Part shown: positions 61,709-64,000 of the stretch, piece by piece
Numbering within the stretch: the stretch's first letter is position 1
How the letters are laid out: every line of letters starts with the position of its first letter
From: Glycera tridactyla
Taxonomy: Eukaryota
Assembly (NCBI GenBank): GCA_965644265.1
Contig: OZ286464.1
Location: 100,440,001 to 100,504,000 of the forward strand
DNA: 64,000 nt
Direction of reading: 5' to 3'
Notes under the pieces: generated by a model
What the model saw: only the letters and a program-made list of their open reading frames with translations
The model's database searches: none
What the model was told of the DNA's origin: nothing
Program-made: the position numbers and the translations under genes

Positions 61709-64000
61709 CCCCACCAGGATCTCTGACCAGAGCTCTACCTGTATTGACCTCTTCATGAGTAACAGACAAGAAGCAGTGAAGTCCTGCGGTGTATGTCCCA
61801 TAGGAATCAGCGACCACTATCTGGTCTTCATTCAGAGGAAGATTTTTAAAGATAAATCACCAGCAAAATTCATTAAAATTAGATCAATGAAAAATTACAA
61901 CGGAAATCGTTTTCGGCAGAAATTACTGGAAATTAACTGGTCAAATGTTCTCGATGAACCTGATATTAATGTAGCTTGGTCAAATTTCAAAATATCGTTT
62001 CTAGATGTATGCAATATGGTGGCTCCTTTTAAAACAATCAAAGTCAGAGGCGAATTGCCACCCTGGATGACCCAAGACTTTCTATCTGCCAGTGATGCCA
62101 GAGATGAAGCCAAGCGTAAGGCCGATCGCACGAAAAACGAACTGGATAAATTCCAATATAGATCTCTCCGAAATTCAACAAATACCCTTCGTTATAATTC
62201 GAAAAAAGATTATGTGAAAAATAGTCTTGAGGAAAGTAAAGGTAACATGAAGAAATTGTGGAAGCTTATTGGTAAGTTAATGCCGAATAAAAAGAAACCT
62301 AGTGCAACTTTCTCTATTGAAATAAATGGGAAATCTGATGACACAGAAATAGCACAGGAATTTAACAACATGTTTTGCTCCATCGGCGAACAACTCGCCT
62401 CAAAAATCCCTGCCGTAAATTCTAACCTCTTACCGGACATCATCTCTTCAGGAAATACTTTTTCTTTTCATCACATAACTGCAGGGGAAATTGCCAAAAT
62501 GTTGAAAAAAATGAATGCTGCTAAGGCAACAGGTATTGATGGGCTCTCACCCAGATTAATAAAGGCAGCGCACTCGGAAATAGCCACCCTTATCGCATAC
62601 ATCATTAATTTGTCACTTGATAATCAGATTTTTCCCTCTGACTGGAAATTAGCTAAGGTCTCACCGTTGTTCAAAGATGGTTCAAGAAATGAGACTGGAA
62701 ACTACAGGCCCATCTCTATCCTTCCTGTTATGGGCAAGATTCTGGAGCACATTGTACATGATCAACTACAATCCTTTTTCGATGAAAATGGCCTTTTTAC
62801 TCCAGCTCAAAGCGGTTTCAGAAAGAACTTCTCTACCATTACCTGCTGTAGTACTGTTCTCGATTTAATCTATCATGGTTTAGATCAAAATTATGCCACT
62901 GGCATCGTGTTCTTGGATCTTAAAAAGGCGTTCGACACTGTCGACTACAACATACTCTGTGAAAAGCTCGCAAAGTATGGGGTGGCCGATGGTGCAAATG
63001 ACTGGTTTCAGGACTACTTGAGTAACAGAAATCAAATTACTAAATACAAGTCGGCTCTATCTGATTCAAGATCTATAAGATGTGGAGTACCACAGGGCTC
63101 GATCCTGGGTCAATATTTACATCAATGACTTGCCACTAGTCCTCGAAGATTGCAAGATAGCAATGTACGCAGATGACACAGCTATTTTCTATACCAGTCC
63201 CTCGACTGAGGCTATAAAAAATTGTCTACAACACGATCTGAATATTGTAAATATATGGCTCCAAGCCAACAAACTCACCCTGAATGTTGGGAAAACAAAA
63301 TCAATGCTGATATCCTCTTAATATTATAAGGATTGTAAATCCCTAGATCTAACACTAAATGGTGAAGAAATAGAGCAAGTAAGGTTTTTCAAGTATCTCG
63401 GTATTTTTCTAGACGACAGGTTGAACTTTGAGAAGCATATTGATCATATCACTCGGAAAGAAATATGGAGCTATTTGCCATATCCGGAAATTTCTGGATC
63501 AGAACACCTGTTTCATGTTATATCAAACAATGGTTCTACCACTATTTGATTATGGTGACACTATATATTTGCACACCGCTCAGACCCTACTCGACAGGCT
63601 CCAGGTTCTTCAAAATAATTTTTTAAGATTGATCCTGAGATACGGTAAAAGGCATCCCACAGATGTTATGCACTCTGAACTAGAAATTGTGAAATTAGAG
63701 ACTCGTAGATCTTACCATACCAGTTGCTTGATGTATAAGGTAGTCTTAGAGGGAAATGGGAATCATGTCCTGAGTCACATGTTCACTTCAATTAAGGATA
63801 ATCAAGATAGAGACACGAGATCGAGAATGAGAGGTGATCTGAAAATAAATCGAACAAGGACCAATTATGGCAGGAAATGTCTATCTAACTTTGGAGCCGG
63901 AAATTGGAATAATCTCTCGACTGATATTAGAAACTCTAAAAGTTTAAATATTTTTAAGAAAAGTCTCAAGTTTCAACTGAAAGAAAACACTGGTTCACTA
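61709..64000 (+). mobile_element. 5'-truncated CR1/L2-group LINE with disrupted ORF2
   Basis: PTRISDQSSTCIDL..ISDHYL, NYRPISIL, QSGFR, FLDLKKAFDTV, GVPQGSILG, frameshift near 63110, YADDT, FKYLG; runs off the window. Confidence 0.92.

Overview
This is eukaryotic, AT-rich, repeat-dense sequence, probably from a marine invertebrate (taxon is inference), with four N gaps. Its core is a tandem cluster of three paralogous spliced genes on the + strand, called A, B and C here. Each encodes a small secreted protein: signal peptide + PAN/Apple domain (exon 1) + 4-Cys WSC-like domain (exons 2-3). All splice sites are GT-AG with conserved phases, and exon 2 is 140 bp in all three. Gene B looks like a mosaic: exon 1 resembles gene A (85% aa vs 64% to C) and exon 2 resembles gene C (76% vs 43% to A). 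Gene A has lost two WSC cysteines predicted to be disulfide partners. Gene C lacks exon 3 in the window. Introns and spacers contain a multi-copy family of decayed coding relics on both strands whose motif order suggests NACHT/NLR-type NTPases (moderate confidence, manual reading only). Two minisatellites were seeded inside these relics. Mobile elements: an Academ-like DNA transposon with a nested tRNA-derived SINE, a Tc1/pogo-type MITE, a Penelope element with a hammerhead-like core, a DIRS-type recombinase relic and three CR1/L2-group LINEs. There are at least eight tandem arrays, a ~3.4-3.8 kb tandem duplication and a local inversion. All identities and alignments were counted by eye; no database searches were run.
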